Shown here piece by piece: positions 1 to 10,357 of a DNA stretch of 64,000 bases. The notes under the pieces are model-generated. The model was not told where the DNA came from. It ran no database searches and saw only the letters and a list, made by a program, of their open reading frames with translations. The position numbers and the translations under genes were made by a program. Every line of letters starts with the position of its first letter. Position 1 is the first letter of the stretch. The DNA comes from Opitutales bacterium (GTDB lineage Bacteria > Verrucomicrobiota > Verrucomicrobiia > Opitutales > PNEW01). The stretch covers positions 320,001 through 384,000 of the forward strand of contig CBDANS010000007.1 of assembly GCA_965197745.1 (NCBI GenBank), given 5' to 3'.

Positions 1-797
1 TGGGATTCCATCTATCGACAACCCTCATTTTGTTTCAGTCAGTGAAGCTATTGCCAGTTTCATGGAAGACGATGATGTTCTCACCAGTGTAACAATTGAT
101 GGTGAGACGCGCGCTTACCCCTTTCGTGTCTTAAACTGGCATGAGATTGTAAATGATAATATAGGGGATACTTGCCGCCACCTATTGTCCCTTGTGTGGC
201 ACTGCCATGGTCTTTGACAGAATGGTAAATGGGCGTCTCCTCGAATTTGGAGTATCGGGATTATTATTTCAGGATAATCTTCTTATGTATGATCGAGAGA
301 CCGAAAGTCTCTGGCAGCAATTCACTTTGAAAAGTGTGGCCGGGCCTCAGCTCGGAACAAAATTGCGTTTCATGTTGAGCGAACAGCTTACCTTTAAGGC
401 ATGGCGCGAAAAGTACCCCGAGGGTCAAGTTTTATCAACCAATACCGGTTTTTTTCGTAATTACTTTATCAATCCTTATGCCGCATATGAAAATTCACCG
501 GGTGCTTTATTTTTCCGCGGAAATATTCGGGATGATTTACGGGGAAAAGATTTCGTTTTGGGATTAATCATCGACGATGTGGCGAAGGCCTACCCACGGG
601 ATCAATTGCCTTCAGGAGCAACATTTGAAGATGTCGTTAACAGCAAAACGTTGTCCATTACCTATAATGCGGATACCGGTTTAATTCAGGCTATCGATAA
701 GGCAACGGGAATTGAATTAACCGGAGTATGGTCGTTCTGGTTTGTCTGGCAGGCTTTTTACCCGGACAGCTTAGTCTGGTCTCCGGTTAGTGGATAA
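1..797 (+). CDS. DUF3179 domain protein, 5'-truncated by the window edge, with an apparent frameshift near 170
   Basis: Frame 2 from base 2 reads GIPSIDNPHF...RAYPFRVLNWHEIVNDNIGD; frame 3 continues AATYCPLCGTAM...FGVSGLL...MYDRETESLWQQ...FWFVWQAFYP, all typical DUF3179 motifs. Confidence 0.8.
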
Positions 798-866
798 GCT
801 GTATGTTGTAAAAACCTTAAATACCTCTCCTCCTTTTTTACCGACTGGAAGTAAGGTTATCTTCAG

Positions 867-1658
867 TTATGATGGTTCAACGGGAGGAATCTCTTTCGCT
901 ACCGGTTTTTTTATTTCGATAAGTTCGATATCAAAAATGAGCGTTGAACCCGCGGGAATTTTTCCTTTTGACTGATTACCATATCCGAGGTCGGGAGGGA
1001 TATAGAGTTTAGCTTTACCCCCTTCGCCAATTAACTTTAAGCCTTCTTTAAAACCCTGGATGACACCGCTCATATGAAAGCTGGCGGGAGTTCCGCGATC
1101 GCGCGAACTATCGAACACCTCGCCATTAATATACGTTCCATGATAATGGACCACGACATTGTCAGCAGCTGTCGGTCTTACATCGGTGCCTTCTTCAATG
1201 ATTTCATAGTAAAGACCTTTTTCCGTTTTGGCTATTCCGCGGTTATCAAGGTCGGCAAATAAGACCTGGCCAGCCGTTATATTTATCGAAGCTGTTTCCG
1301 CATCCAATTTCGCCTTTTTATCCTGAAACGCCTTTGCCTTTTTTCCGACAATTTCCCTTACCATCGGCAGTATTTCCTGCAGATTCTCCGGTTCCGATGT
1401 GCCCTGTGCCGCTCGGCGCATGCCTTCAAGAATACGATCAATCTCTTCATCAGTGTACCCCATATGAAGACCTGTCTGTCGGACAATCATCCATCCATAG
1501 ACCTCGAGCGCTTCATTTAATTTGTTTGCCTCAACTATTTCTGCCGAAACGGTTTCACTGTCATCTGTGGATTCGCTCTCGGCCATGACAAGAGGGAGTA
1601 TCATAAATAATCCAACCGCAGGGATGAGGAGGAAATAAAAAATAGAGGTGCGTCTCAT
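867..1658 (-). CDS. FKBP-type peptidyl-prolyl cis-trans isomerase (FkpA/Mip-like, signal peptide)
   Basis: VVVHYHGTYINGEVFDSS, VIQGFKEGL, LYIPPDLGYG, IPAGSTLIFDIEL; hydrophobic N-terminus. Confidence 0.93.
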   Translation of the reverse strand: MRRTSIFYFLLIPAVGLFMILPLVMAESESTDDSETVSAEIVEANKLNEALEVYGWMIVRQTGLHMGYTDEEIDRILEGMRRAAQGTSEPENLQEILPMVREIVGKKAKAFQDKKAKLDAETASINITAGQVLFADLDNRGIAKTEKGLYYEIIEEGTDVRPTAADNVVVHYHGTYINGEVFDSSRDRGTPASFHMSGVIQGFKEGLKLIGEGGKAKLYIPPDLGYGNQSKGKIPAGSTLIFDIELIEIKKPVAKEIPPVEPS

Positions 1659-1948
1659 AAGCGGTTAAGCTCACAAATTAAAGATCATGGGTCAATTCAT
1701 TAGTATAAATTGAAATGATTTCACGATTGAAGATGCGCTATCTCTCTCGCTGAATAGCCTGGCAGAGGTAATTATTTTAATGACTATTCCGAGTAAGACA
1801 TAGTAAATGAAGTAAGTCTTCAGGCGTGCTATGAGCACCGCATAGCTTAATGGCTTAATTTTTACTTTGCGCTTTAGAAGCGATTAAATACCAATTTATT
1901 TGCTGTATAAGTATATTTATAATTTTAGAAATTTTAAAATCATAGGAC

Positions 1949-2611
1949 ATGACCTTTACAGAATTATTATGGGAGAGCATCGAACCCACTTATAATCAAA
2001 TTTTAAAGCATCCCTTTATCCATGGATTGACTAGCGGGGAATTAGACGAAGAGGCCTTTCGATTTTACGTCATTCAGGATGCCATTTACCTCAAAGATTT
2101 TGGCCGTGGTCTGGCCTTGCTCGGAGCGCGCAGTGAGAACGATAATGACTTAATGATGTTCTGCGAACATGCCAAAACGGCTATTGTCGTGGAACGAGAA
2201 CTGCACAAAAGTTTCATCGAAGCCTGGGGTCTTTCCTGGGGAGATATTGAAAAAACAGAACCTTCACCTAATTGTTTGCTTTATACATCTTATCTCCTGC
2301 GCGTTGTTTATTCGCGACCCTACTACGAAGCCTTGGGCGCCTTTTTACCCTGTTACTGGATATACCGGGAGGTTGGGAAGGCGCTTGTTAAACAAAGCTC
2401 ACCCCATGCTCTTTATCAGCGCTGGATCGATACTTACGCGGGTGAAGAGTTCGCCCTTACGGTTCGCGATATGTTGGCTACCGTTGAAGATGCTTGCTCT
2501 TCGCTCAGCGCTGGGCAGAAAGAAAGGGTAGCGAATCATTTCAGGATAACCTCAAAATTTGAATACTTATTTTGGGATATGGGTTATCACCGCCAAAAAT
2601 GGCCTCTTTAA
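1949..2611 (+). CDS. tenA: Thiaminase II / aminopyrimidine aminohydrolase TenA
   Basis: HPFIHGL, FYVIQDAIYL, LPCYWIY (catalytic Cys), WIDTY, EYLFWDM. Confidence 0.92.
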   Translation: MTFTELLWESIEPTYNQILKHPFIHGLTSGELDEEAFRFYVIQDAIYLKDFGRGLALLGARSENDNDLMMFCEHAKTAIVVERELHKSFIEAWGLSWGDIEKTEPSPNCLLYTSYLLRVVYSRPYYEALGAFLPCYWIYREVGKALVKQSSPHALYQRWIDTYAGEEFALTVRDMLATVEDACSSLSAGQKERVANHFRITSKFEYLFWDMGYHRQKWPL

Positions 2612-2691
2612 AATATTACGAAATAAAGAGTGAGAATCAGACTCATATCTATTATAAAACCCCTTCAGCTCTTTCTTTTGAGCTTTTATAC

Positions 2692-3621
2692 ATGAAATTC
2701 AATTCACTATTGATAGCGCAATTTTTAATAATCGCTGTTTTCACCGTCGGTTTTTTGCCTGGTACATCAACCCCGCTTTCTGGCGAAGAGGTATCAGAAT
2801 TTGATAGCCTCATCGATGAAATATTCGGGGGTAAAATCAGGGATGAAAATGTATTCAGGGAAAAACTGGAGCGTGTGCGTGTCCTCGGCGCCTCGCCTCA
2901 GTTGATAGCCGAAGCCAGAATGCTTTTTCATCTTATGAATCAGGATTATGAGGGAATTTCGCCCTATTTACCTGAAATAGATGAAGTGGCGGAAAATTGG
3001 GAACCTGAAGAAAGTAAAGTATTTCGCGATTCTGCCGGTTACGATGGATTGCGTTCAGCTCTTCATGCCTACGATGCGCGATCGAAGGATGACGTAGCCG
3101 CTTTTGAAAAGTATTCGAAGGAAGCGTTCTGGCATGATCCCAGGCTTGCTCCGCTTCTTACCACTTGGATCCAGGATTATCGCAATGATAATTTATTGAC
3201 TGATCTTCAGGTTCCAATGGATATGCCCATTCAACAATCTGATGGAAATGCCACTACCCTTGGCTCACTTGTCAGCAGGAAGAAGGCTATATTACTCGAT
3301 TTTTGGGCAACATGGTGTATCCCATGCGTTTCCCTTATGCCGGAGTTAATAAAAAAAGCTGAAATCCTCGAACCACAAGGTGTTCTCGTAGCCGGGATGA
3401 ATACGGAAACCGTAGAGAAAGCGGAGCAATTTAGAAAGAAAAGAGAAATTAATGTTACCTGGCTCGTGGAACCTGAGGGTCAACCCTTAAGCCGACTGCT
3501 GTCAATCGATAGTATTCCGAGGATGATCCTTATCGATGGCCAGGGACAGGTTCTCTTTAATGGACATCCTATGGATCCATCGCTGATCGATGCGCTTGCC
3601 ATATTGGAAGTGAAATTATAA
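2692..3621 (+). CDS. TlpA/thioredoxin-like disulfide reductase with long N-terminal extension and signal peptide
   Basis: LDFWATWCIPC, IDSIPRMILID; ATG at 2692 starts a hydrophobic leader. Confidence 0.85.
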   Translation: MKFNSLLIAQFLIIAVFTVGFLPGTSTPLSGEEVSEFDSLIDEIFGGKIRDENVFREKLERVRVLGASPQLIAEARMLFHLMNQDYEGISPYLPEIDEVAENWEPEESKVFRDSAGYDGLRSALHAYDARSKDDVAAFEKYSKEAFWHDPRLAPLLTTWIQDYRNDNLLTDLQVPMDMPIQQSDGNATTLGSLVSRKKAILLDFWATWCIPCVSLMPELIKKAEILEPQGVLVAGMNTETVEKAEQFRKKREINVTWLVEPEGQPLSRLLSIDSIPRMILIDGQGQVLFNGHPMDPSLIDALAILEVKL

Positions 3622-3625
3622 ATAC

Positions 3626-4285
3626 TTATAACGAGCGCAACCATGCGCCGTTTTCCTTCATCTCGGGGCAGAAAATCAAGGATCCGGGAACGACTATATC
3701 TGCTCCGGCTTCCCGTAAGCTCGGCACTGTATGACGGCGGATTGCACCATCAGCCTCAATTTCAAAATCCAAACCTCTATCGCTTCGCATGCGAACAAGA
3801 CTTTGGATTTTCGCACACGTTCCATCGGCAATATCACTAATTCCTTTCACCGCGAAACCTGTTCCCAGGACACAGACAATAGCGAGTTGTTCTAAATAGG
3901 AATGGATTATGGAAACGGGATTTTCTATGGCCAGTGAGATGCCAACACTCATCTTATGCGATTTGATAGAATCGATAATTCCCTGTTGGTTTTCAGTGGT
4001 GTCGGGGTAATAGATGATGCGGTCAGCACCGGCTTCAGCAAAAGGGGTTACCCATCGTTCAGGGTTTTGAGTTATGAGATGAACTTCGATTGGCTTTTCA
4101 GTCTTACCACGAATAGCTCTGGCTAAATCAGGAAAAAAGAGAAGAAGCTCGGCATAAGTTCCGTCAGCTACGTCAAGATGGTATAAGTCGGCGTAGGGGT
4201 CCACGCGCTCTATTTCGGATTCCAGATTTGTCAAATCAGCAGACCATAATGAAATCGAGGTTTTTAGCGGTCGTGTAGCCATCAT
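3626..4285 (-). CDS. Ribulose-phosphate 3-epimerase family protein
   Basis: SLWSADL, HLDVADG, EVHL, IEADG, AGADIVVPGS; ATGA overlap with the upstream hydrolase stop. Confidence 0.85.
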   Translation of the reverse strand: MMATRPLKTSISLWSADLTNLESEIERVDPYADLYHLDVADGTYAELLLFFPDLARAIRGKTEKPIEVHLITQNPERWVTPFAEAGADRIIYYPDTTENQQGIIDSIKSHKMSVGISLAIENPVSIIHSYLEQLAIVCVLGTGFAVKGISDIADGTCAKIQSLVRMRSDRGLDFEIEADGAIRRHTVPSLREAGADIVVPGSLIFCPEMKENGAWLRSL

Positions 4286-5085
4286 AATATCGATTTTAAA
4301 AAAGCGGCCAAATGGCATTGAAAGCTTTTAGTATGTTCTTCAATGCTTTCAATTTTCGCAGGTACCTGAATAAATTTTCCTTGAGGCAGGTGCTTCTCCC
4401 ATTCTTTTGCAAAGGCCATGGGATGCGTGGGATCCGGTTCATTTCCGACAATTAAGGTGGGAAAATCAAGCCTTTCAACTTCGCGCCAATCGAAAGTCGG
4501 GGCATCGTTGGGAATATGTCTGAGACGTGCTCGGCGATCAAATGCTTGTGGTGACTGAAATTGCTGGCACAGTGATTCGGCATTATCCATAGATTGCCGC
4601 TTTATGGCTGCAAACTCAGGTAACTGCTTAAAATATTCCAACCCCTCATATTCCCCATGGGCTTCCATTAACTCAGCTATGCGGGGGATGATGCTCAATG
4701 TATCGGGTAAAGATTGATCAACCCATGCCGGACGCATAAGCACGAGCGCTTTAATCTGTTGGGGAAAAAGTACCGCGTAGCGTACCGATACTGCCGCTCC
4801 CATGGATATCCCACCAATTACCGCTTGTTCGACTTTAAGATGATTAAGTAATGCATCGAGGTCTTTCGCGAAAGTGGTAAAGTTAAATTTTTCCTCCGGT
4901 CCTACCGGATCGGTCTTACCATGCCCCCGGCAGTCCCAGACAATCCTTTGATAGCCATTTATCTCACCGCATAGATCTTTAGGTTGTTGCAAATCACTGC
5001 CCAGTCCGTGAGTAAAGACAAACGGAATACCTTCACCTATCACTTCAAAACAAAAGCGGATCCCGTCATGTTCAAAATAGCTCAT
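4282..5085 (-). CDS. Alpha/beta fold hydrolase
   Basis: HGLG, DCRGHG, GISMG nucleophile elbow. Confidence 0.88.
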   Translation of the reverse strand: MSYFEHDGIRFCFEVIGEGIPFVFTHGLGSDLQQPKDLCGEINGYQRIVWDCRGHGKTDPVGPEEKFNFTTFAKDLDALLNHLKVEQAVIGGISMGAAVSVRYAVLFPQQIKALVLMRPAWVDQSLPDTLSIIPRIAELMEAHGEYEGLEYFKQLPEFAAIKRQSMDNAESLCQQFQSPQAFDRRARLRHIPNDAPTFDWREVERLDFPTLIVGNEPDPTHPMAFAKEWEKHLPQGKFIQVPAKIESIEEHTKSFQCHLAAFLKSIL

Positions 5086-5948
5086 AGTCCTGTTTCCGAT
5101 TCTGACACGGGTCTATACCACTTAAATATTTCACGCTGGAGGAATTCAAGGCTCATATCAACCTGTGATTTTTTAAGGTTGTGCAATACGATAGGGCCTC
5201 TAAAACCAATTTTAGCCAGTGATTGGCAATAAGTCTGCCAGTCTAAAGCACCTGTTCCTGCAGCTCGACTGTACCCGGTTTGCTCAATTGGGATGTCTTT
5301 GGCGTGTGCCATAATAATATCGGGACCGAGTATTTCTATCGATTCTTCAATCACCTCTTTCATCCTCGATAAATCAGTTGTCTCAAAAAGATTGGCTCCG
5401 TCGATAATAATTTTGAGTTGCGAAGATTGCATTTCATCCAAGAGGCGTCGGGCTTTTGTGGCTGAATCGATTACATTGGCTTTCTCCGGCTCGATGCCAA
5501 GGACCACATTATTATCCTGTGCCACCGGTAACAGTTTTTCGAGGGTGGTTATAAGATCCTTCCAGGCTTCAGGTTCAGCGTTGTCGGGATGGCGCTGCCA
5601 CATGTTATCAGGATCGCGTGTTCCCGTGCATAATGAGACGATGGATGTTCCTAATTTTCTGCATCGCTTAATGAGGTGACAAGCACGGTCGACTGACCGG
5701 CTGCGCATTTTTCTATCGGGATGGATGGCGTTAAAAGTCCCCGAAATGGCAATCATTTCCATTGTCCGTTGTTCGAATGCTTCATAAATATGTCGACATA
5801 AAGTATCATCGATCAATTCCGGCAAGCTCTCGATTCCGGCGCCATTAAAGTTAAAGTGAACAGCGTAGAGATTATGCGCGAGAATGGTGTCGAGCAGGTT
5901 CTCGACACTCGATCTGCTGAAGGTCCTGGAAAAAATCCCAATCTGCAT
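5082..5948 (-). CDS. Sugar phosphate isomerase/epimerase (xylose-isomerase-like TIM barrel)
   Basis: LGIEPE, IIDGANL, MAHAKD, GTGALDW metal-binding pattern. Confidence 0.85.
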   Translation of the reverse strand: MQIGIFSRTFSRSSVENLLDTILAHNLYAVHFNFNGAGIESLPELIDDTLCRHIYEAFEQRTMEMIAISGTFNAIHPDRKMRSRSVDRACHLIKRCRKLGTSIVSLCTGTRDPDNMWQRHPDNAEPEAWKDLITTLEKLLPVAQDNNVVLGIEPEKANVIDSATKARRLLDEMQSSQLKIIIDGANLFETTDLSRMKEVIEESIEILGPDIIMAHAKDIPIEQTGYSRAAGTGALDWQTYCQSLAKIGFRGPIVLHNLKKSQVDMSLEFLQREIFKWYRPVSESETGL

Positions 5949-5953
5949 CTTTC

Positions 5954-7018
5954 CTAAGAGGGAGCCTTGGGTTTTACCACTTCCTGGTGCTTACCGCTAA
6001 CAGACGAAGCTTTAACTGCCTCGGTGAGCATTACCGTGGCAAGACCTTCACGCGCATCGGGATTTGTCGGCTCATCATTTTTCACGGCATGAACAAAAGC
6101 TTCGATTTGGCGTTTGTAAGGATTGCTATGAGCACTCAGGGGTGTATGCCATTGTTCACTGCGAGCATCGAAGGCGCGAACTTTACTCGGGCGGTAGTAA
6201 AAGGGGAGAAAAGTATTTATCTCCACACTGCCACTTTCGCCATGGACAACATATCCTTCGGACCAATCTGAATTGACCTTAACCGTTAACTCAAAGTTGC
6301 CAATCCCTCCGTGTTCATATTCGAGAAGACCATGCCAGGTATGCTGATTGGATTTATAAGCATGTTTTGTTGTGACCCCCGCTATATCTCCGCCAAGGTA
6401 ACGCAGATTATCAAATAAATGCGCCCCATGCGTAACCAGAGAATAGTGCTCCTTATCATTTTTGGGATCGGTTGAAGGCTTAATCACATCTTTACTTGTG
6501 AGCAAAGGCGGGAGCAGCGTTTCCTGTAATGACGGGCGAAATAATGTGTCTCGATACCATCCGCTGATGGACAGTATTTTGCCAAGAGATTCTTTTATAA
6601 ATTGTCGGCCGAATGCTATTCCCGGATCGTGCCGCTTCATGGAGCCGACTTGTAACTTCAATTGCGTCTCTTGTATTTTATCAATTAAGAGTTCGCATTC
6701 TGTCGCGTTTACGCCCAGTGGTTTTTCCACTAACACATGCTTGCCTGCATCCAGTGCCTGCATGGCCAGGGGAACATGAAATTCATCGGGAGCCGCAATG
6801 ATCACTGCCTCTATGTCAGATTCTTCAAGAAATTGGGTGTAATCGGTATATAGATTTTTAACCCTTTCACGGTTACCCACAGTCTTTAATAAATCATCGG
6901 CTCCTTCACAGATCGCGGTCAATCGCGCGCTCCGTACTTTTGCAAGGGCGGGAAGATGGGCATATTGGGCTATTGTTCCGCAACCCAGCAAACCTATATT
7001 TAACACTGATTCTGACAT
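5954..7018 (-). CDS. Gfo/Idh/MocA family oxidoreductase
   Basis: GLLGCGTIA, AGKHVLVEKP. Confidence 0.9.
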   Translation of the reverse strand: MSESVLNIGLLGCGTIAQYAHLPALAKVRSARLTAICEGADDLLKTVGNRERVKNLYTDYTQFLEESDIEAVIIAAPDEFHVPLAMQALDAGKHVLVEKPLGVNATECELLIDKIQETQLKLQVGSMKRHDPGIAFGRQFIKESLGKILSISGWYRDTLFRPSLQETLLPPLLTSKDVIKPSTDPKNDKEHYSLVTHGAHLFDNLRYLGGDIAGVTTKHAYKSNQHTWHGLLEYEHGGIGNFELTVKVNSDWSEGYVVHGESGSVEINTFLPFYYRPSKVRAFDARSEQWHTPLSAHSNPYKRQIEAFVHAVKNDEPTNPDAREGLATVMLTEAVKASSVSGKHQEVVKPKAPS

Positions 7019-7265
7019 TATCCTTAATAATTAAAGCAAAATAATAACGATCACCGCACTGATAATCAAGAATTCAGAACATCGGAAATTAGTGAACAGT
7101 ATTAGGCAGGGTATAATCAGTTGTCATCGACCTACATTAGTAAATTAAGACCGGTAAAGAGAAAGGCTTTTGACCTTCGATCTTTGACTTTCGACTGTAT
7201 ATAAAAAACAGTTGTCAGTAAGATTGATTTTAAAGTTAATAAAAAGCGAATTTTAAAAATTTTGT

Positions 7266-9008
7266 GTGAGTAGTATTTGGCTAGTTCTTGTTGGGGGAAT
7301 AATCTTTTTTTTGGGATACCGTTACTATTCTAAATATATTGCGGAAAAAATATATCGTTTAGATCCCGATTATATTACCCCTGCGCATCAGTTTGAAGAT
7401 GGGGTCGATTTTGTTCCCACTAATAAATATATCCTGTGGGGCCACCATTTCACTTCGATTGCCGGGGCGGCTCCTATTGTGGGACCTGCCATTGCCGTCT
7501 TTTGGGGGTGGCTGCCCGCGTTTTTATGGGTTGTCTTAGGGACTGTTTTTGCCGCCGGTGTCCACGATTTCGGCACGCTGGTAATTTCTATCCGGCACAA
7601 AGGTAACTCCATCGGCACGCTTGCCAACCGGCTAATTGGTCAGCGGGCTAAATTGTTGTTTCTCTTTATTATACTTATCCTAGTCCTCATGGTAAACGCC
7701 GTCTTTGCCTGGGTGATCTCAAAATTATTTATCCAAAATCCCGCAAGTGTGCTTACCGTTTTAATTGAGATACCGTTGGCCCTTTGGATTGGGTATGTCT
7801 ACATAAGAAGAAAAAAAGGAATGCTTGTTCCCTCGATAATCGCCTTAGCGGTGATGTATATAATTGCGATTTTATCGAGCTACAACCCCGCTATGCAAAT
7901 TGATCTCGTTAGGTATCTCGGTGGAGCGGATAAAGTGGTATGGTTCGGATTAAACGGAGTTTCCACCGCATTTTTTATCTGGATCCTGGTCTTAATGATT
8001 TATGTTTACATTGCTTCGACCCTGCCGGTATGGAAACTTTTACAGCCAAGAGATTATATTAATTCGCATCAACTCGTTGTTGGTTTGATCATATTATATT
8101 TAGGCCTGTTCATTACCTATCCAAAGATTACCGCACCGGTGATGAATGCCAATGCCGATGTTTCCTGGTTCCCCCTCCTTTTTATCACTATCGCCTGTGG
8201 TGCGATATCCGGCTTTCACGGTCTTGTCTCGTCAGGTACTTCATCCAAACAGATATATAAAGAGACGGATGCCCGCTTTGTTGGCTATCTGGGTTCCATT
8301 GGTGAAGGCGCGCTGGCCTTGATATCTATTATTGCGGTTGTCACTTTCTTTGGGAGTAAAGGGGAGTTCCTGGGAACTTATAGCAGCTTTTCATCCGCCA
8401 GCAGCGAAGGATTGGGAGCTTTTATTAAGGGAGCCGGTCAATTGGGAACCGGTCTTTTTATTCCCGCCGAGGTAGCCAGAACGATCATCGCCGTTATTGT
8501 TGTCAGCTTTGCCGCGACGACCCTGGATACTTCGGTTCGGTTGATGCGTTATATTATCTCCGAATTGGGAAGTGAATATAAACTGAAGGTATTGACGAAA
8601 AAACACATAGCCACATCCATCGCGGTCTGTTCCAGCGCCGCTCTCGTATTGCTGCCACAGGGGCCTAAGGGTTTTGGATCGGGGGGGTATTTATTATGGC
8701 CGTTATTTGGCACTTCAAACCAACTGCTGGCCGGTATCAGTTTGCTCCTTGTCACCATTTGGTTGAAAAAACAAAAGAGAAATTATCTGGTAACCCTTAT
8801 ACCCATGGTTTTCCTCTTGTTCATGACCTTATGGGCCATGATTAATCAGGTTGTTTTTGAATGGTCAGGGATAGGTGATGCTGAGCGAAACGGGCTGCTT
8901 TTTCTTTTGGGAGCTATTATCATGTGTTTTTCTCTATGGATATTAGCGGAGGCCATCAGAACATTGGTGGGGAAAGGAAAACACGGAGAAATTGAAGAAT
9001 CCGCTTAA
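7266..9008 (+). CDS. cstA: Carbon starvation protein A family transporter
   Basis: DGVDFVPT, GHHFTSIAGAAPIVGP, LLQPRDY, FITIACGAISGFH, WPLFGTSNQLLA. Confidence 0.95.
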   Translation: MSSIWLVLVGGIIFFLGYRYYSKYIAEKIYRLDPDYITPAHQFEDGVDFVPTNKYILWGHHFTSIAGAAPIVGPAIAVFWGWLPAFLWVVLGTVFAAGVHDFGTLVISIRHKGNSIGTLANRLIGQRAKLLFLFIILILVLMVNAVFAWVISKLFIQNPASVLTVLIEIPLALWIGYVYIRRKKGMLVPSIIALAVMYIIAILSSYNPAMQIDLVRYLGGADKVVWFGLNGVSTAFFIWILVLMIYVYIASTLPVWKLLQPRDYINSHQLVVGLIILYLGLFITYPKITAPVMNANADVSWFPLLFITIACGAISGFHGLVSSGTSSKQIYKETDARFVGYLGSIGEGALALISIIAVVTFFGSKGEFLGTYSSFSSASSEGLGAFIKGAGQLGTGLFIPAEVARTIIAVIVVSFAATTLDTSVRLMRYIISELGSEYKLKVLTKKHIATSIAVCSSAALVLLPQGPKGFGSGGYLLWPLFGTSNQLLAGISLLLVTIWLKKQKRNYLVTLIPMVFLLFMTLWAMINQVVFEWSGIGDAERNGLLFLLGAIIMCFSLWILAEAIRTLVGKGKHGEIEESA

Positions 9009-9072
9009 GCCCGATATAATCCAGAAAATCGATCCTCACATAATTATAGTTAACTGTATATAGATTCGGGAA

Positions 9073-9348
9073 ATGGCATTAGGTAATAAAAAGAAGTCGC
9101 CCATAAAAAAACTGATCGATGGTTATGATCAAGCCATCAGCCTTTCCCATCAAGCGGAGATTAAGAGAGAGTTAAGGGATGAAGATGACCTCTTCCTGCT
9201 CATGTGCTTTTCAGAATTGTTAGGGATTCCGAATCCGGTCTCCTATTATACAATGGAATTGTACCCGGTGCAGATGGAAAAATTTCACCAGTGGCACTTG
9301 CGTATGGGAATGGATAAGTCACCGCTTGAAGAAATTCGTTGCTGCTAG
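9073..9348 (+). CDS. Small CstA-associated protein ending in Cys-Cys-stop ('CC-star' type)
   Basis: EDDLFLL...LGIPNPVSYYTMELYP...FHQWHLRMG...RCC*; lies between cstA and an ArsA-like ATPase. Confidence 0.8.
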   Translation: MALGNKKKSPIKKLIDGYDQAISLSHQAEIKRELRDEDDLFLLMCFSELLGIPNPVSYYTMELYPVQMEKFHQWHLRMGMDKSPLEEIRCC

Positions 9349-9406
9349 TGATAAGAGATGCAGTTCGCTGATTTTTATAGACTGAAATTATCATTGCTAA
9401 AATGTT

Positions 9407-10357
9407 TTGAATCCTGAACTAAAGATTACTTTTTTCAGTGGCAAAGGGGGGGTAGGTAAGTCGACCATCGCTTCCGCCTATGCGCTGTTTTTATCTTCCC
9501 AGGAGAAAAAAACGCTGCTCGTGTCTACCGATCTTGCGCATAGCCTGGGTAACATTTTTAAAACTGATATCGGAGGGAATGCGACACGGCTTCGCAATGA
9601 TCTGTGGGGTTTGGAAATTGATCCCAAAGGTGAAAACAAACGGTATATCGAGCAGGTTAAAGGATCTTTAAAAGGACTGGTGAAAGCAAAGATGGAGGAT
9701 GAGGTAAACCGGCTGATTCAGTTGGCGAGCGTTTCACCGGGAGCAGAGGAAGCGGCTCTATTTGACGCCATGGTAACCATAGTCCTCGATGAAGGTCTTG
9801 TCTTTGATCGTATCGTTTTTGACACGGCCCCAACCGGTCATGCTATCAGGCTGTTATCACTACCCGAAATGATGAGCGTATGGATAGAGGGAATGTTGAA
9901 TCGGAGAACAAAAGTTACGAAGGATTATTCACAATTGCTTGGTGATGGTGAAATATTAGAGGATCCTGTATACGATTTATTAAACAAAAGAAAACAACGA
10001 TATGCGGCGGCAAAGGATATAATTATGGATGCCAATAAAACCGAAATTGCCTTCGTGCTGATCCCGGAAAAACTCCCCATCATGGAAACGCAAGCCGGTC
10101 TTCATTTATTAACGCATTACTCAATTAAAGTAGACACCCTCCTCGTAAATAAAATTCTCCCTGGAAATATTACGGATCCATTTTTCATAAAACGTAAACG
10201 CCAACAAGTGACTTACATCGATACCATTAAAAAAACTTTCGAAGATCAGGATATTCTGTTACTGCCCCTCTTAGAAGAAGATGTCACCACCCTTCAGGCT
10301 TTGGAAGACCTTAGCAACTACCTGACCCGGAGCAAAGTCCTAAGCATGGAAGGATGA
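9407..10357 (+). CDS. ArsA/GET3-family ATPase (single domain)
   Basis: GKGGVGKST, STDLAHSL, DTAPTGH. Confidence 0.9.
   Translation: MNPELKITFFSGKGGVGKSTIASAYALFLSSQEKKTLLVSTDLAHSLGNIFKTDIGGNATRLRNDLWGLEIDPKGENKRYIEQVKGSLKGLVKAKMEDEVNRLIQLASVSPGAEEAALFDAMVTIVLDEGLVFDRIVFDTAPTGHAIRLLSLPEMMSVWIEGMLNRRTKVTKDYSQLLGDGEILEDPVYDLLNKRKQRYAAAKDIIMDANKTEIAFVLIPEKLPIMETQAGLHLLTHYSIKVDTLLVNKILPGNITDPFFIKRKRQQVTYIDTIKKTFEDQDILLLPLLEEDVTTLQALEDLSNYLTRSKVLSMEG

Noticed and set aside
9340..9356. Selenocysteine read-through at the Cys-Cys terminus
   Set aside because: Codons are TGC TGC TAG; the TGA lies after the stop
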